This document shows positions 12,421 through 26,261 of a stretch of DNA of 64,000 nucleotides, piece by piece. The notes below the pieces were generated by a model, which worked only from the letters and a program-made list of their open reading frames with translations, ran no database searches and was not told where the DNA came from. Made by a program: the position numbers and the translations under genes. This DNA comes from Oopsacas minuta. Its lineage: Eukaryota; Animalia; Porifera. Every line of letters starts with the position of its first letter. The first letter of the stretch is position 1. Location of the stretch: the NCBI GenBank assembly GCA_024704765.1, contig JAKMXF010000177.1, positions 248,001 through 312,000 on the forward strand. The letters are read 5' to 3'.

Positions 12421-13315
12421 AGCTTGTATATATAATACTAACATAAAAAATCTCCAAGCCGCTGGAGGGCCACGACCGTTAGATAATGGAGTTCCAGGAG
12501 GAATACTAGACCTGTACAGAACCAGAGAGACACTTAACATGCAATACGTAAATGGTCCTGAAGGGATACAAAGATGACCTAGTCGCAAAGGCAGCCACCA
12601 ATACACTCATGAACCCATAAGCAAAAAGCTGGGTAAATTAAAATCCCAGCTGATAAATTTAAACACTAAATTGGATCCGAAGGAGGCAGGCAAAGAAAGA
12701 ATTTATGCATACGCACATGATCAGTGGAACAAGGCAACTGGGGAGAAGTGGGGGCGGTGCTTTGCGAACAAGTGACATACATAACCCTATGACATCAATT
12801 CCTCAAGTCCACCACACAAGGCACCCACTGAAAGGCCTCTAAGCTAACGGGAAATCCCTACACAAGTGTAGGTAAAAACCCTAGTGACCCAGCACCAACT
12901 ACCAAGAATTAAACAAATCTAGCGACTCACTTGAACTGGAGGAAACAAAACGCGGTAACAAACAAACAAGCAGGAGTACGCTCAAGCTTGAACAAGAACC
13001 AACTAATGTGGAGGCACAAGTATGCTTGATGCTCGATATACTCAAAAGTACTGCACTCCGTACAATGGAAGCATCCATCAAGACACATTGTGCAACCCAG
13101 GCAAACGCCCTTTTACGACAGGAGGGTTCCTAAGATCTTCCCTTGAAGGAGCTAGTGGTAGCGGACGATTAACGGTAATCCTACAACACAGCGCTGCACG
13201 AGGGGTACGAGTCCTAGTACATACTACATACCTACAGTAAACTAATACCAACATCACCATCCTGTTGACAAGACTAGAATCAGGCACTAGAGAGTAAAAA
13301 TCCATGAATCAAACA

Positions 13316-13613
13316 CAGTGGTTCTCAACTGGTGTGCTTCTGAACGTTGAAAAGTGTGCCACCAAAATTACACTGAGATACATAGTTGTTCAACATACTT
13401 TCAAATGCTTAGTTTCTGGACCTCAGGACTTGAAAATTCGAAAAATCAACAAGAAAAAATCCTTTAACATTAATATTTTATATATATATGATATAGTTCT
13501 AGTAAGTTAGGACACAACACTTTTAGTCAAGTTAAATTCACTCTTGAGAAGTTTTCCCTGAAAATTATTGATGAATTAAGTGTGCCTCAGTTCGAAAAAG
13601 TTGAAAAGCATTG
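13316..13613. mobile_element. hAT (Charlie-type) MITE, degenerate
   Basis: CAGTGGTTCTCAAC ... GTTGAAAAGCATTG ends; no matching 8-bp TSD. Confidence 0.45.
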
Positions 13614-13955
13614 CTCCGAGCTTAAGGCTGCCCTAGTGGCAAAGGGATCCTTCCCTAACAAATCATGTGTATCTAGCTTGTTGGAGGAGTTAGATGAATG
13701 GACTTTCTGTATTTATATCGGCTTGCCTTTAGATGTGATCACAATGATTTTCCTAAAGCGATAAAGTCGACAAAGTACAGTATAGTATTTTTCTAGATAA
13801 GCTGGGAAGATTTGGGCTAAGCGGTCAACTCTCAACATGGTTCGTATCCATTAGCGTAGCCACGGGGGGGCGCACTTACCTACCATCCTATTGTAAAAAA
13901 TCATTTTCGAAGAGCCTTGAATGGTGTAGCAAATTAAATTCAAATAAGTAGTGGG

Positions 13956-14285
13956 CAAGGTTTGGCACCGATATGTCGATTATGACAAATTACTAAAAAG
14001 GGAGATCTAAGGATTTCAAAAAGATTAAAAAAATACCCAAATATCGAAATTTTAAATATACATTTCTGATATTTCGCCGATATTTCCAATATTGCCCAAA
14101 ATTTTCTGGTCTACCGATAATTTCGATATTTCGGATATTCCGATATTTTCTCTGAACATTCGATATATTTCCAAAACAAATATCGATATTTTCAATACTT
14201 TCGATATTTATCATATCAGGGGAATTTTCTGATATTTCATATATTATCGGAGATTGTTAACTGATATGGAAATATGCCAAATCAT
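13956..14285. mobile_element. MITE with dense CGATAT subterminal repeats
   Basis: caaggtttggca start and tgccaaatc end; many CGATAT(TT) motifs; related to 3078-3229. Confidence 0.55.
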
Positions 14286-17200
14286 AGCATTCTAAATACT
14301 ACGGCAATAACACTCTATTCAAATTTTGGGCAATTGATTGAAGTTACCCTGGACTATTTTGACCGATATCTCGATTGGTTTTACAAATGAAATGATTTAT
14401 CAATAAATATGATATATTCATGCACTTCTTACTTAAATAGAAGAAATTTTGGAAGAAACTACGAAACGGAGAAACTCCACTTCATGACAGCCATTTAATG
14501 TGCCACTTTGTAACACATCATGAGTTTTCTTGAATCCTTCCTAAATTGCAGTGTAGGTTAATCTAATACAATTTATATGCAGGTAAACCTCCAAAATCGG
14601 CAATTCCGAGATAAGGCACAATCCCATTGCACCGATTGATTTTCTTATACGTACAAATAGTACTTCCTGAACCTATGAGATAGCACACTTCCGAGATGCG
14701 GCAATAACCTGATATTATTATAAATCTTACATAGTCATACCATTCATATTTATTTTTACAAATAGATAGTCAAACCATCCACATTATATCCTATATTATC
14801 AAACCTGTAGAAATTTAGGAAACTAGAGAAGTCTCTCTGAAGACTTTGGGGTCACGATATCATTCATTTTATCCTGTAAAATGATGGTTCATATAGATTA
14901 TAGAAAGTAAACAGATGGAATGACTAGGCCAAAACTTGCTCCTCGGTTAGTCTATTTTCAAAAACCATTAGTAATACTCATTATTGTTAACAACCGACAT
15001 TTAGGCCTTATAATAGGATATTAAGCGTATATAAGGGCAACCTCCAAGATATGATAACCTCCAAGAGACGCACAAAATTATTCTCCCGATGATGCCGTAT
15101 CTGGCAAGTTTACCTATATTCATGATCAACGTAGAAATTCCCTTAGTATGAGTGGTCACTCATTATATTTGAGAATATTATCCTAGCAATGCTGGAATAT
15201 ACCAGGAATGTGTAAACAATACGTACATCCTCAAAAATTGTATAGACCTACCGAGTGACCATTACTTCGACGCCGCTAGTCGTGCCGAGTCTATTTATAC
15301 ACATATCGACCTTCGATCGTACTCTGCCATCTCCAACTTTTCTCCAAATTTTTTTCATATTTTTTCCGAAACATTCAATCGTCTGTATATGTGAGAAATA
15401 TAATTGTATATGTATATGATATTTTTATGATGGATATCAAGGTATATGTCCAAGATATTTGTGTTGAGTTTATCAGAATATTATTAATTTGAATAGTATA
15501 GTAACAACGCAATATATATACAAGTAATTGCTGGATGATGAATCGTAAGGATGGGTACAATCCAAATTCTTTTAACTAGGAACACTGTACATAGTACCAG
15601 TACAACATTTAAATGAATTTCCGGTCACACTGCATAGAGTTCCCAGTTGATAGAATTTGGATTATGCCCAACCTCACGATGTATAATTCTGCTATCATAA
15701 TGAGGCCTAGTCACTAGACTATCAAAATTTAGAAATTACCTGATCAACTCAACACAACAAACTTGATCAATTACCATGAAATACATCTGAAAAATATCTT
15801 ATACATTTATAATTATATTTCATACAAATACAGAAGAAATCTTGTTTCGGTAAGAACAATGCAAAAGGATTAGAAGAAAATTAGAAGCTCGAAGAGGATG
15901 ATCAAATAAAATCGTGTTAAACTATGCAATCGAGAGTCGATGTGTGGATAATAAGACTCAACGAGCCTAGCAGCGTCGAATTAAGGGTCACTCAATAGGG
16001 TTATAACAAATTTTGAGAATGGAATGTTAGCACATTCCTGGTAAAATCCTGCGTTGTTAGGGAAAGTTATTCCAAACTGATTTGGCATTTATGCGTCAAT
16101 AGGTACAGTGAAGAATCATAAAGTGGAGTGAGACTTCAGGTTAGAACTCTTGAAAAGCTTGAGATTCATGTGTACGGCGTTTAAGTTGGCATCTCTGATA
16201 ATTGGGATATACTCCAAAATTAAAATTAGATACTGTGCAAATAGAAGGGACGATTCTCCCCAAATAATGGGAGTGAATCCCCACATAATATTTATAATCT
16301 ATTCATAAATTAGGGGGAACCCCTCAAATGAAACCATGCGACAAGAATTATCACATTTTAGTAATGGTCTTAGGTTAAAGGACTAGGGACAATGAACTAG
16401 TATTTTAGAATACTGGTGAGAAAATTCTTTCATGATGTCCCAAACATTTGAGATTAATGTACTGTTGAATTCTATAATGACTGATAGTAAGGTAAAAATA
16501 ATTAAATAGAATTTGATTAGGCCAAATTAATCCAAAATTGAGTATATTTTCATCAAAATTTTTTACATGTACCTAGCTTATTGGAATTTTCTAAATCAAG
16601 AGAAATTTATTCTTGATTGATTTACAAATTTTCGCTCCATTCCCAGAGTTTGTCCAGATTAAACGAATACGGCCGGGCAAATGTATGATTTTGTGGCGTC
16701 TATAGGGTGCTGAAAACTTTTGATTGCGGGAATTGGTTAAAACGAAGTGGTCAAATTAACCTGTTCACTTTTGTTACCAATGTAACACTTCGGCCGTATT
16801 CGTTTATGTGGAGTTTGTCCAGATAAACCGAAAATATTTAGTATCAACTTAATGGAGATAATTCGGTTCCTGGAAATTTGTCCCAATAAAGCGGATTTCC
16901 GATTAACCAGAATTGACTGTATGTGTAATTCTTCTATAGGAATAAATCGGGAGATTAACCTAATAAGCTGGAGGGTTGGTAGCCCTGCAACAAAACTGAT
17001 AATTATGGGTTAAATCCAAGATCGTAGGACGCTCATGAAAAGTGGGGCGCCCATGTTAGCATAGTAATATAAAGTGGGGTGTCTACATTATCATTTCTTT
17101 CGATTGTCCTGATTTTTCTCGGCTATACCTCATTCTATTGCAATTTCTATCTTTAGTGGGCTGCCAATGACTTTAATAAGCATTTTTACATAGAACTTTT

Positions 17201-20200
17201 AGACTTTCTAAGGTTGTTCCTCATCACAAAAACTAAAGCCAAAAATTGGATATAGTGTCAAAGCCAATTCCAATTGTGTGTACCACAATTGATCAATAAA
17301 GAGATACATTTTGAAGGTGTTAAGATCCAGCTAACGATCAAATTTTTTATGCAGATAATCATGATCAGTGTAAATTCTCAGTCATGCAAGTGGTCACTTC
17401 AACACGTTTGTCGATAGTGACGCGAAATGGCTCAGGATGGTGATAACATACAATTCTCAAAATTTATCCCAACACTATCGAGTGACCCATAGTACTGCCT
17501 GTTGGACTTCTTTGCAGTGGCAGATGCAACTTTGACCTCTCCAAGCAACAAAAATTACTCGTGTTTGGTCATCAATAATTATTTGGTATCAGAGCTTTTT
17601 CGTTTCAACATCTCCTCACGGAAAGACTGTTCCATAGTGTCCGACATCTTATAGAGTTATGAGGGTGTTCATATTACCTTCCCTTTCTATACTCCAGAAT
17701 ATTTCACGTCGTTAGATACTTGCCATTGATATGTTGTTATTGAGGATACACTACCTTGAGTTAAGTTGACGTATATGTTTTGGGATAACAATAATTGCAA
17801 GATTTCCCATTATTCACTACTTTATTGATTTGAAATTCGTAATATATTTTCAGTCAATCTGTCAAAAAAACGATCAATGATTCAGTGAATTTGTAAATTG
17901 GCTGAAAATTCTAGTCAATTTGTAAATTGACTGATTTTATAAATTGACTATAACATATATATGTTTGTATGTCCAGAATTGATTGGAGAAAATGGAAACC
18001 CCCAGGGCTGATAAATATTGTATATTTCACAAGTACCTATATAGGTCATGGTGGAGATCTTGGTGTTACAATGTAAAGTCACATTGGTAACCCGAGGTTA
18101 TGGAAAAGGTGCCAAAACAAGGACATGACATCATTGTTTTGAGCTTTTGAGATGGTATTCGGTTGAAAGGGGAAGAATAGCATAAGTAGAAGGCAATCTT
18201 TCACTAACAAGTCGATAATGGGACCAAAATTTATCTCTTCGCGCATTACAAAAAATAATGGTCACAGTAGTACAGTCCTTAACCAGAGATTTTTGAGTCA
18301 ATCTGTATCTTCACTTCCCAACGACTGTTTAAAAAGGGATATTTGATCAAAAAATGTGCCCTAAGGTGTGGGGTTGAATATACAAATTTGTAAGAAATTT
18401 CTTATGAAAAAGCAAAAAATTTCAATAATAGCGATAAATATGTGTTGTTTTCCAAATTTACACAAAAATTGAATATTCAAGAAATCTTTCGTAGAATTCC
18501 CCACTTATAGAGGTAAATTGAAATGATGTGAGACATAATTTGCTCTAAAGTATCCCAAATTCCATACTTCCGGCTTAGAGAGGTTCGTTTCTATGGAAAT
18601 GAATGAAGGTGGTTCAAAATTTTCGTGGAGTTACATACAATATTATCCAAAATTCCGACTAGACTTTGAATGATTGAAGCAATATTATTTATGATAATAC
18701 AGCTGAGACTGTGCGGACTCCGAATTTTTGACTATTTTGCTCGTACCCCGATTCAAAGGTATATAACTTTTGTTCAGTGTTCTAAACTAGTCTGGTAGTA
18801 GTAGCAAAATTCGAGTTACATTAGATTAGTATGAAAACAATCTACATCTTTATGCATTACTCTTTCTTCAAAAGATATTACTGGTATGTCCGAAACTTTA
18901 ATGTTTATTCTATGGGAGGAGTTTTGTCCGGTTTGCACCCGTTCACAAAATACACTAGATACTGAGTTTTTATCCTATTCTCTTAGTTTGCTCAGTCAAA
19001 TTAGCTTCTAAACATAAAATAAGTACAAATTCGTTATGATAAAATCGCCCATATACCTAAATTGAAAACTCAACTTGTCAACCAATATGAGAAAGTAAGG
19101 CTATATTAGCACGTTTAGGTTCTAAAATGAGACATGATAGGTATAAATCGTACTTTGGGTAAATTCGATGACATCTTCAGGGGCTTTGATCTCTAATCAA
19201 ATACATTGAATACACTGCAATTGAATAAAATAATCTCGGTAACCTCTACTTACGAATCAAGATCCTGTACATATAGAAATGTTAGAGAAAATCCTGTATA
19301 ATCGTCACCCTAGATTAAAGTACCAAGCGACAAAATAAACCGAAAGACAAAGGACTCGTAAATTAGGAATTCAACCTCGGGCTGTCCGAGGTTGGACAGG
19401 CTTTTCGTCCGAGGATAAGATCCCATAACGAACTAACAGAACCAAATATCCAGATAACCTTGGACTCTCAATTTTCTTGATAAGTCATATTTATACTACA
19501 TGAATACACGATAATATTTTCTGTTTTGTAATCATACGTTGCTATGAATTGATTAATTTACCAAATTCTGTAGATCTTATGGGTACCTATTATTACAATA
19601 CAGACAATAACATAGTGTATTCAGGTAAAATCGTGTTGAAAGATTAGAGGGACGATATGGCCATAACTAGACTCAGCACGCTTAGAGGCTTAGAACGAGT
19701 GGTCAATGGATGGGGTCAGGTCCAAATTTGAGAATGGAATGTCATTACATTATTGACACATTTTTGCATCTCTAGGGAAAAATATGCCCAAATATGATCA
19801 AGTGGCAACTTGAACGACGTGAAATTTTGTGCTGCCACAGAACATTAAATAAATTTAAGTGTAGTTCCTATAGGGAAATGTTAGACGAGCATGAACAATG
19901 TGCGACGTCCGCACGGCTGGACGAAATCTAGCTGTAAGATGTAAATCGAAAATTAGCATACATATACATTTTGGGTCTGAAAATAGTACCCCGGTATGAA
20001 ATCATTTCATACAGATATTTTCACAATTAGTAATAAATAATATTTTGGCACTTTCTATGAGTGCATATAATCTGATTTAAGATTTTCAGAGTCTGACTGT
20101 CACAATTCACAAATTTAACTATATTATTTAGTCATATTTTAACACATACTTACAGTATTTACCTGAATAACTAAAGGGTCAGAAAAATGCATACATGTGA

Positions 20201-20793
20201 ACAAAATTTATCACCACCTTCCCAAATAATGCATTGATGAAATTTAGGTCACTAATTATCCTAATTTGTTGCATTAATTAGGATAATTAGATTGCCAAAA
20301 TCAATGGTACTTTCAAAATTGTGAAAAAAAATGGCCACCAAAGAATAAGAACACAGACGCTAATCCAGGAAGTACAGAATTGCAAAAGGATGCTAGAGAT
20401 TTCGTTTCAACTGTTAGTCAGGGGTAATCGGGTATGTACATTCCTATTTTGGTGCTCCTGTAGCCTATTGACCCCCACCCCTATAGAATTACATATGCCG
20501 AAAATCTAATCAGTTTCTTTCCATCAGCTCTTGTTATTCAGAAATTCTTATTAATTCTTTGCAATATTTTTGAAAATAATACCCAAAATATGTGTACAAT
20601 ACATTTTATTTCATCAAGTATGAGTATATTCTTCATTTGAACTAAGCAATTAGTCCTAGGGAATTCAAATTATTTGAATTGAGCTGGATGCCAGGTAGCC
20701 CAACACTAACAATAGGGCTACGCAGACAGAAACAAATCATTATTTTACAGGGGATAATAATATCGACTGAAGAGTTGGAATAGGTGATGTGTG

Positions 20794-20854
20794 AGTCCTG
20801 AAGAACCTAATAGATTGGTTGGGTATGAGCCAATCTATTAGGTTCTTCAGGACT
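20794..20854. repeat. Perfect 25-bp inverted repeat with 11-nt loop
   Basis: agtcctgaagaacctaatagattgg (20794-20818) is the exact reverse complement of ccaatctattaggttcttcaggact (20830-20854). Confidence 0.95.
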
Positions 20855-22254
20855 TGTGATGTCATCCAATAAATACGTGACTGAAAACTTAATAATCGCA
20901 TATTGACTGTCAATTTGGAAATATGTTAGTTAGGATGGAGGAAACTATCGAAGATACATACAAGACAGATATCTAGCTCCTCAGAAAATTAAATCTGCCC
21001 TTCAAAGACCGGAAAATTCAAAATTCAATGCAAATATATGACGCCACATAAATACTTGCATCATTTACCATAAATGTTGAATAATCCGGTATGTTTCTGG
21101 GTGGTAAGATTAGCATATTTAGATAAGATTTATGTCTTGTTCATATCCTGGAAATCTGCAAGTTCTTAACTCATATACTCACAAATTGCAAGCCAATATA
21201 CCAATATCATGGTATCAGCGATATAATAGTATGATGACATTTACATATACTTTGCTATATCTTAGAAATGCTCAACCAATCTATTAGCTTTAGTCAGGAG
21301 ATATAAACACCCACTATTAGAAGATCTTCAAGAGACTAAAAGGGCATAACAAATAATGAGGCATTTCGGTCAGCGTAGTCCAATTGTGATAACCTAGCAG
21401 GCAGGTTCGAGATTCTAATAGCTTAAGTACCTTTTACCAATTGATTAGCTAAAAAGGGAAAATGAAGTATTTCACATGTACTTTACGAAATATTACAATT
21501 GAACAAATTTTCAGAATATAATTATCATCTGCCAATAGCCATATTATGCCTCCTTCCGATATAATGCCAAAAATAGCAAAAATAGAATTGACCATTCCTC
21601 AAAAACATGGAGTGATGGACAGAAACCGAATATGTTTTTGGAATCAGGATAGTTGAAATATTAAAGGTATATGCATTGTTCAAGGACCAAATTTGTTTAG
21701 TAAACTTTAAAATAAGGAATTAATCTAATTAAATAGTTATATTTAATTATATACATCTAGGCAAAGTTTTAGTAACTGTTGATAAATTTAGATTTAAGTT
21801 CAGATCGATACTGTAAATTATATGCAAATTGGATATATCATATAATTAATGGTATTTTCGAGGTTTGCACCCTCTATACCAAACTACCCCGATCTAGGAG
21901 GTTTCATGAAGCCTAATCATAGGTTATATAATAAAGAAATATCACTGGTACTTCATGGCATCAACTAACTATACAGATTCTAGTCGGCCTATTATATATT
22001 CCTCACGAGCCAAGGGGCAAGAGACCTAGGATGTTCGGCCATTCATTCCAGTGGGCCGGATAATTAGCCATATCACATATTTCGTGATTTGCATATATGA
22101 CCTCAATAAATATTCGTATATAAACGTGAATATTGTTAAAATGATAATATTCGTAATATATATGATCCAGCTGATCAAATTGCATAAGGAGCTACACAAA
22201 AAACGAACATTAAACTACAGATGACAATATGCAAAAAAGGCTAAGTATACTTAC

Positions 22255-22629
22255 CTTTGAATCAAGATTTAAGTTCATTAGCCAAGAAGAGTTTTGTGGA
22301 TTTGTAATGGTACTAAGAAGAGAAACGTTTTGAATAGCAACAATGTGATGTAAAAGGGTACAACCCTGAGAGTCTTGCAAATTCAAAATTGTCTGACCAG
22401 CAAATTCGAGGAATACTTTGATTGAAGAACAATCATCATTTCCGGCACAGAGATGAATGGGTGTTCTGCCTTCATTGTCAACGCTAGAAGGAATGGAACG
22501 ATTTCGAATAAGCATTCTACAAGCTTCCGAATTATTATAATAAGCACTCCAGTGTAAAGCTGACATTCCAAGACTATCTGGTTGATCGATAAGAGATTGA
22601 TCATAGTTTTTCAGAATCATACTCAGCAA
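22255..22629 (-). CDS. INVS: Internal exon of the inversin-like gene (upstream exon, 125 codons, phase 0-0)
   Basis: SALHWSAYYNNSEACRMLI matches human INVS TALHWSAYYNNPEHVKLLI (recalled); followed by DNEGRTPIHL and ILNLQDSQGCTLLH repeats. Acceptor tttgttag|TTG at 22630 and donor AAG|gtaagt at 22254; 375 nt. Confidence 0.88.
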
Positions 22630-24761
22630 CTAACAAAGTAGATTATAAAGTTTGATATAGAAAGATAAGTTAATGTGACACATTATTAATAATAACATCA
22701 AAATAGTTACCTATGTAGGGTCCTTGCAGGGCCTAAGATTCGGAAAGCACAATTTCCTAATATATGATACTGTTTAAACCAAACTGGAATATACTAATTG
22801 AGGACCATAAACCATTTCAGAGTTCTTGATGCAAATAAATATAATTACGGGAAGAAATATAATCGAATATCCAGAAGAAGATCAACAACATTTGAATATA
22901 TATGTAAACACAGAAGTTGCGTAAATTTTGAATGACATTTCTCACATCTGACAAGATATGACTCAATTGTACAATCGATAATCGAAGAATCACATAATTA
23001 AACACTGCGTAGTGATATACAGTATAAATAGTGGGAAGTTGAATGACAGATTGCCTCATGATGACCCATTTCATAGGGTCACAATTCCTAATTCGTCCAG
23101 AGTGATAATAACTCCAACTTTTTGGGGTGAAATATCGCTCTATTTCATGATAAATGGAGTGGGCACTCCATTTGCGAAAAGTTATAGTCTCAGCAAACAG
23201 AAAGACATTTCCTTAACAACACAGGAATGTATTGACATTCCATTCATACCAACCAATGTTTCAAATTAATTTTCACCTTTGTAATTATATAGAACTGTCA
23301 AGTATTAAAAACATTGAAAACATAGTTTTAACACAGCTCTATATGCAGCATTTCTCTCTCTAAAAATAGCTTTTGAGAAACCGCATGATAAAATATCATA
23401 ATTTAGGCAATTGAAAAGCATAATTCAATACTATATTTCTATATGTCACTAATACATGCTTAATAATACACATTCCTCGTAATATTTGGTAATTACAGAT
23501 TTTGAGTTGGCCTTTTCGTTATCATACCTCGTCGAGGGACAATTTAGCCGTATATAAAGTCGGCCATGGTTCCAGCAACAACTTTTGAAAGCAATGATAC
23601 TGAAATATAATGCAAATTAAGATGAATTTATAGGTTGTTTGCATTCGTATATGAGCACGGTCCTGTAAGCAGCTCCTCCAAATTCTGATACTGGTTCATA
23701 AATAGAGGGCCTCCAGGCATCGATCACTCAATTCTCTAATCACAGATACCAGAATTACCATTTTGGATGGATTAGGGTTAACGAATCCATAATATTCCAA
23801 AATAATTTGAATTGAGGTTGCGAGGGGGGGCCCAAACCATAGGGCTGTCGGGAAGTCATTACAAAGCAGAGGGCGCTAGTACAAAACTATTTTAGAAAAG
23901 TTTGCAAGTACGTGTAGAACAGAACTAATAACACTAGGCTTGGTGGGACAAGAGCACGAAATAGATACTAGATATCTGCATTTAGAGTGCAGGTTAAGAA
24001 AAGGGAGATCGACCATAATTTAAAGAATGGAATAATGAAATAGTTGTAACTTCTATATATTAATTATGACATCATACCCATATCTACAAAGTAACAATTT
24101 GTTACACTAGTTTATCTCCTAGAAAGAATGGTTTAACCTAGCGAATTTGAATACAAATAAAGTTGAGCGTGGACAAGGTAATATAAGGCCATAGCACTGG
24201 TTCAGAAATATGGACCAGGGATATGAGATAGTCAGAGTAATAAAGTTGGAGACCAAAATATATCAAAAATTGTGCCTTATTGCCCGAATAAATGTATGGC
24301 ATATTTGTAGAAAAGCTAATTATCAAAATAATATGCTACAAATTTAAGGAATATGCTAAAATACGTATCTAGTAGGCATTCATTTGGTAAAACATGTCAT
24401 TCTTTGATGCCTTGTAAAACATATTGCATCTTTCACTTCAAAACCAATACATGAAATAATCGATCAATAGTTTTATATGAAATATAAAAATTTGTAATAC
24501 ACAAGATGGCACACTCTTGAGTTACAATAGAGACCAGGGATGACAAATTTTCTCAACATTCAATTATAATTCAATAACCGAGAATTATCAAATAAGAAAG
24601 TCTAATTCGTAGTACATACCCAGCTACCCATACCTTGATACAACATTTGAAATGATAACTCTTAGCAAGGTAACGTAATAGTGAATATGCACATATATGA
24701 TAATTTTAACAATTCGCAATAAGCCTCAGAGATATCATATCATATGTACTACCAGGATATA

Positions 24762-25414
24762 CAGTGGTGTCCTGCTGTGGGAGCGCCGTTTCCATAGTTT
24801 TTCAGGTAGTGGGAGAGCTGCTCCCATTCTTTTTTAACAAATCAAATTGGCAAGTAACAATTACTTCACAAGTTAGTAAATTCGTGTACCTGATATCTAG
24901 ATAGCATACAATCAATATTTGAAATAAATTGAAATTTGTTACAAATATAATTAAGTCGAGTTGAGAGAGCAAATGTTTACTTTATAGCGCCGTGAATATA
25001 TTGTACTTGTTTTGAAGAACACAATGGGAAGTTTACCTCAACTACCTATCGTTTTATCCGAATCTAGCGTTAATCGTAAACAAAATATCTATTTGAAATG
25101 ATTCTTTGAATTAAGTAATAATTATTATAAGCAACGTGTTCTGGAATGTAAGATATATGAAATTATTAATTATAACATTCTGAGCCCCATAAACAAGAAG
25201 AATTTGGAAGTATTATTAGTTAAATAATTTTGGGTACTCAATCACTTGTTAGAACTCTATTCTCAGATTTACTACTAAACCTTTGATATTATTCATACTT
25301 AACTTATTAATTCAATTACCGGTATATTGTTTGAATTTGTATTAGAAATTAAGATATATTCAATTGAATTTGAAATACCGCTCCCATACTAATAATTAGA
25401 GCAGGACATCCCTG
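24762..25414. mobile_element. hAT-type MITE (653 bp)
   Basis: TIRs CAGTGGTGTCCTGCT / CAGGGATGTCCTGCT (13/15); perfect 8-bp TSD AGGATATA (24754-24761 and 25415-25422). Confidence 0.88.
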
Positions 25415-25489
25415 AGGATATATGAATTTACTACGAATTGGCTATCATGATTTAACAATAACCTTTACGCTGATAGTCATAATTGAATA

Positions 25490-26261
25490 CAGTGGAAGCC
25501 GCTTAATCGGGACTCGGATAATGGGATATCCGCTTAAACGAGACAATGGTTTGGGAACAGATTTTTACATAGAAAAATCGTCAGATAATTGGGATATTGA
25601 ATCGGTTAATCAGGATTTTTCATCCCGATTACCCAATATTTGAAAGTTCATAATCGGTTATTTAGGATTTCTTATTCCGATTAACCGGATATAAAATATA
25701 TTCACTTAATTGGGATTTTATCCCAATTTTACGATTCTATATTTATTCAGAATCGTTGTAAAATGGTTTGTTCTAAAACTAGGAATTTGAATATTATCTA
25801 CAACCATAACAATACAACACCGATGCGATTACCATTTACTAAACTAAGATTATTAACGTTGCTTACCTGCCTCAGGTTCCATTGGCTATTCCACCGTGTA
25901 TAATTCCCTCAATAATGGTCAGACTGTTGGATATCCAAACGTTTCGCATGGGTTGCAGTAGTAAGCACATACATTATTATTTAAACTTTATTTCTTATTT
26001 TCTAAGTATATAACGTAACGCATTCTATGACCTCTTGAAGCTGAACTATACCCATACTACAACCAATTCTCTACTAGACCCTAGATAATCAGGATTAGTA
26101 GTATAGAAATAAGATATATCTGGTCATGTGACAATGAAAAACTAGTTTTGAATACTTAAATAATCATAATCGGTTAATCGGACAATCGGTTAATCGGGAC
26201 AATCGGTTAATCGGGACAAAACATTGACTCCCGAGCTGTCCCGAGTAAGCGGCTTCCACTG
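25490..26261. mobile_element. pogo/Tigger-type non-autonomous element (772 bp)
   Basis: TIR CAGTGGAAGCCGCTTA(A/C)TCGGGAC (23/24) with TA flanks; three tandem AATCGGTTAATCGG(G)AC units at 26168-26217. Confidence 0.88.

Larger units (their letters stand above)
1424..22254 (-). other. 20,831-bp phase-0 GT-AG intron of the INVS-like gene, filled with transposons
   Basis: Donor AAG|gtaagt at 22254 and acceptor ttacag|G at 1424. Joining the exons gives ...LNLDSK|DLQHRTPLHWA, which is continuous with the INVS repeat order. No other ankyrin exon was seen between them. Confidence 0.8.

Noticed and set aside
13314-13320. Isolated CACAGTG as a further RSS or Transib end
   Set aside because: It is CA plus the CAGTGGTTCTCAAC end of a hAT MITE; no Transib subterminal block follows.
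23152-23173. 10-bp-stem hairpin AAATGGAGTG-GG-CACTCCATTT
   Set aside because: A few stems of this length are expected by chance in 64 kb of AT-rich DNA, and there is no supporting context.
25866-25970. Minus-strand INVS exon candidate ending at CAG|gtaagc
   Set aside because: Stops in all frames, no ankyrin motif, and it lies inside the pogo-type MITE.
26168-26217. CRISPR-like repeat
   Set aside because: Three contiguous 16-17-bp units without spacers, lying in the subterminal region of a pogo-type MITE in eukaryotic DNA.
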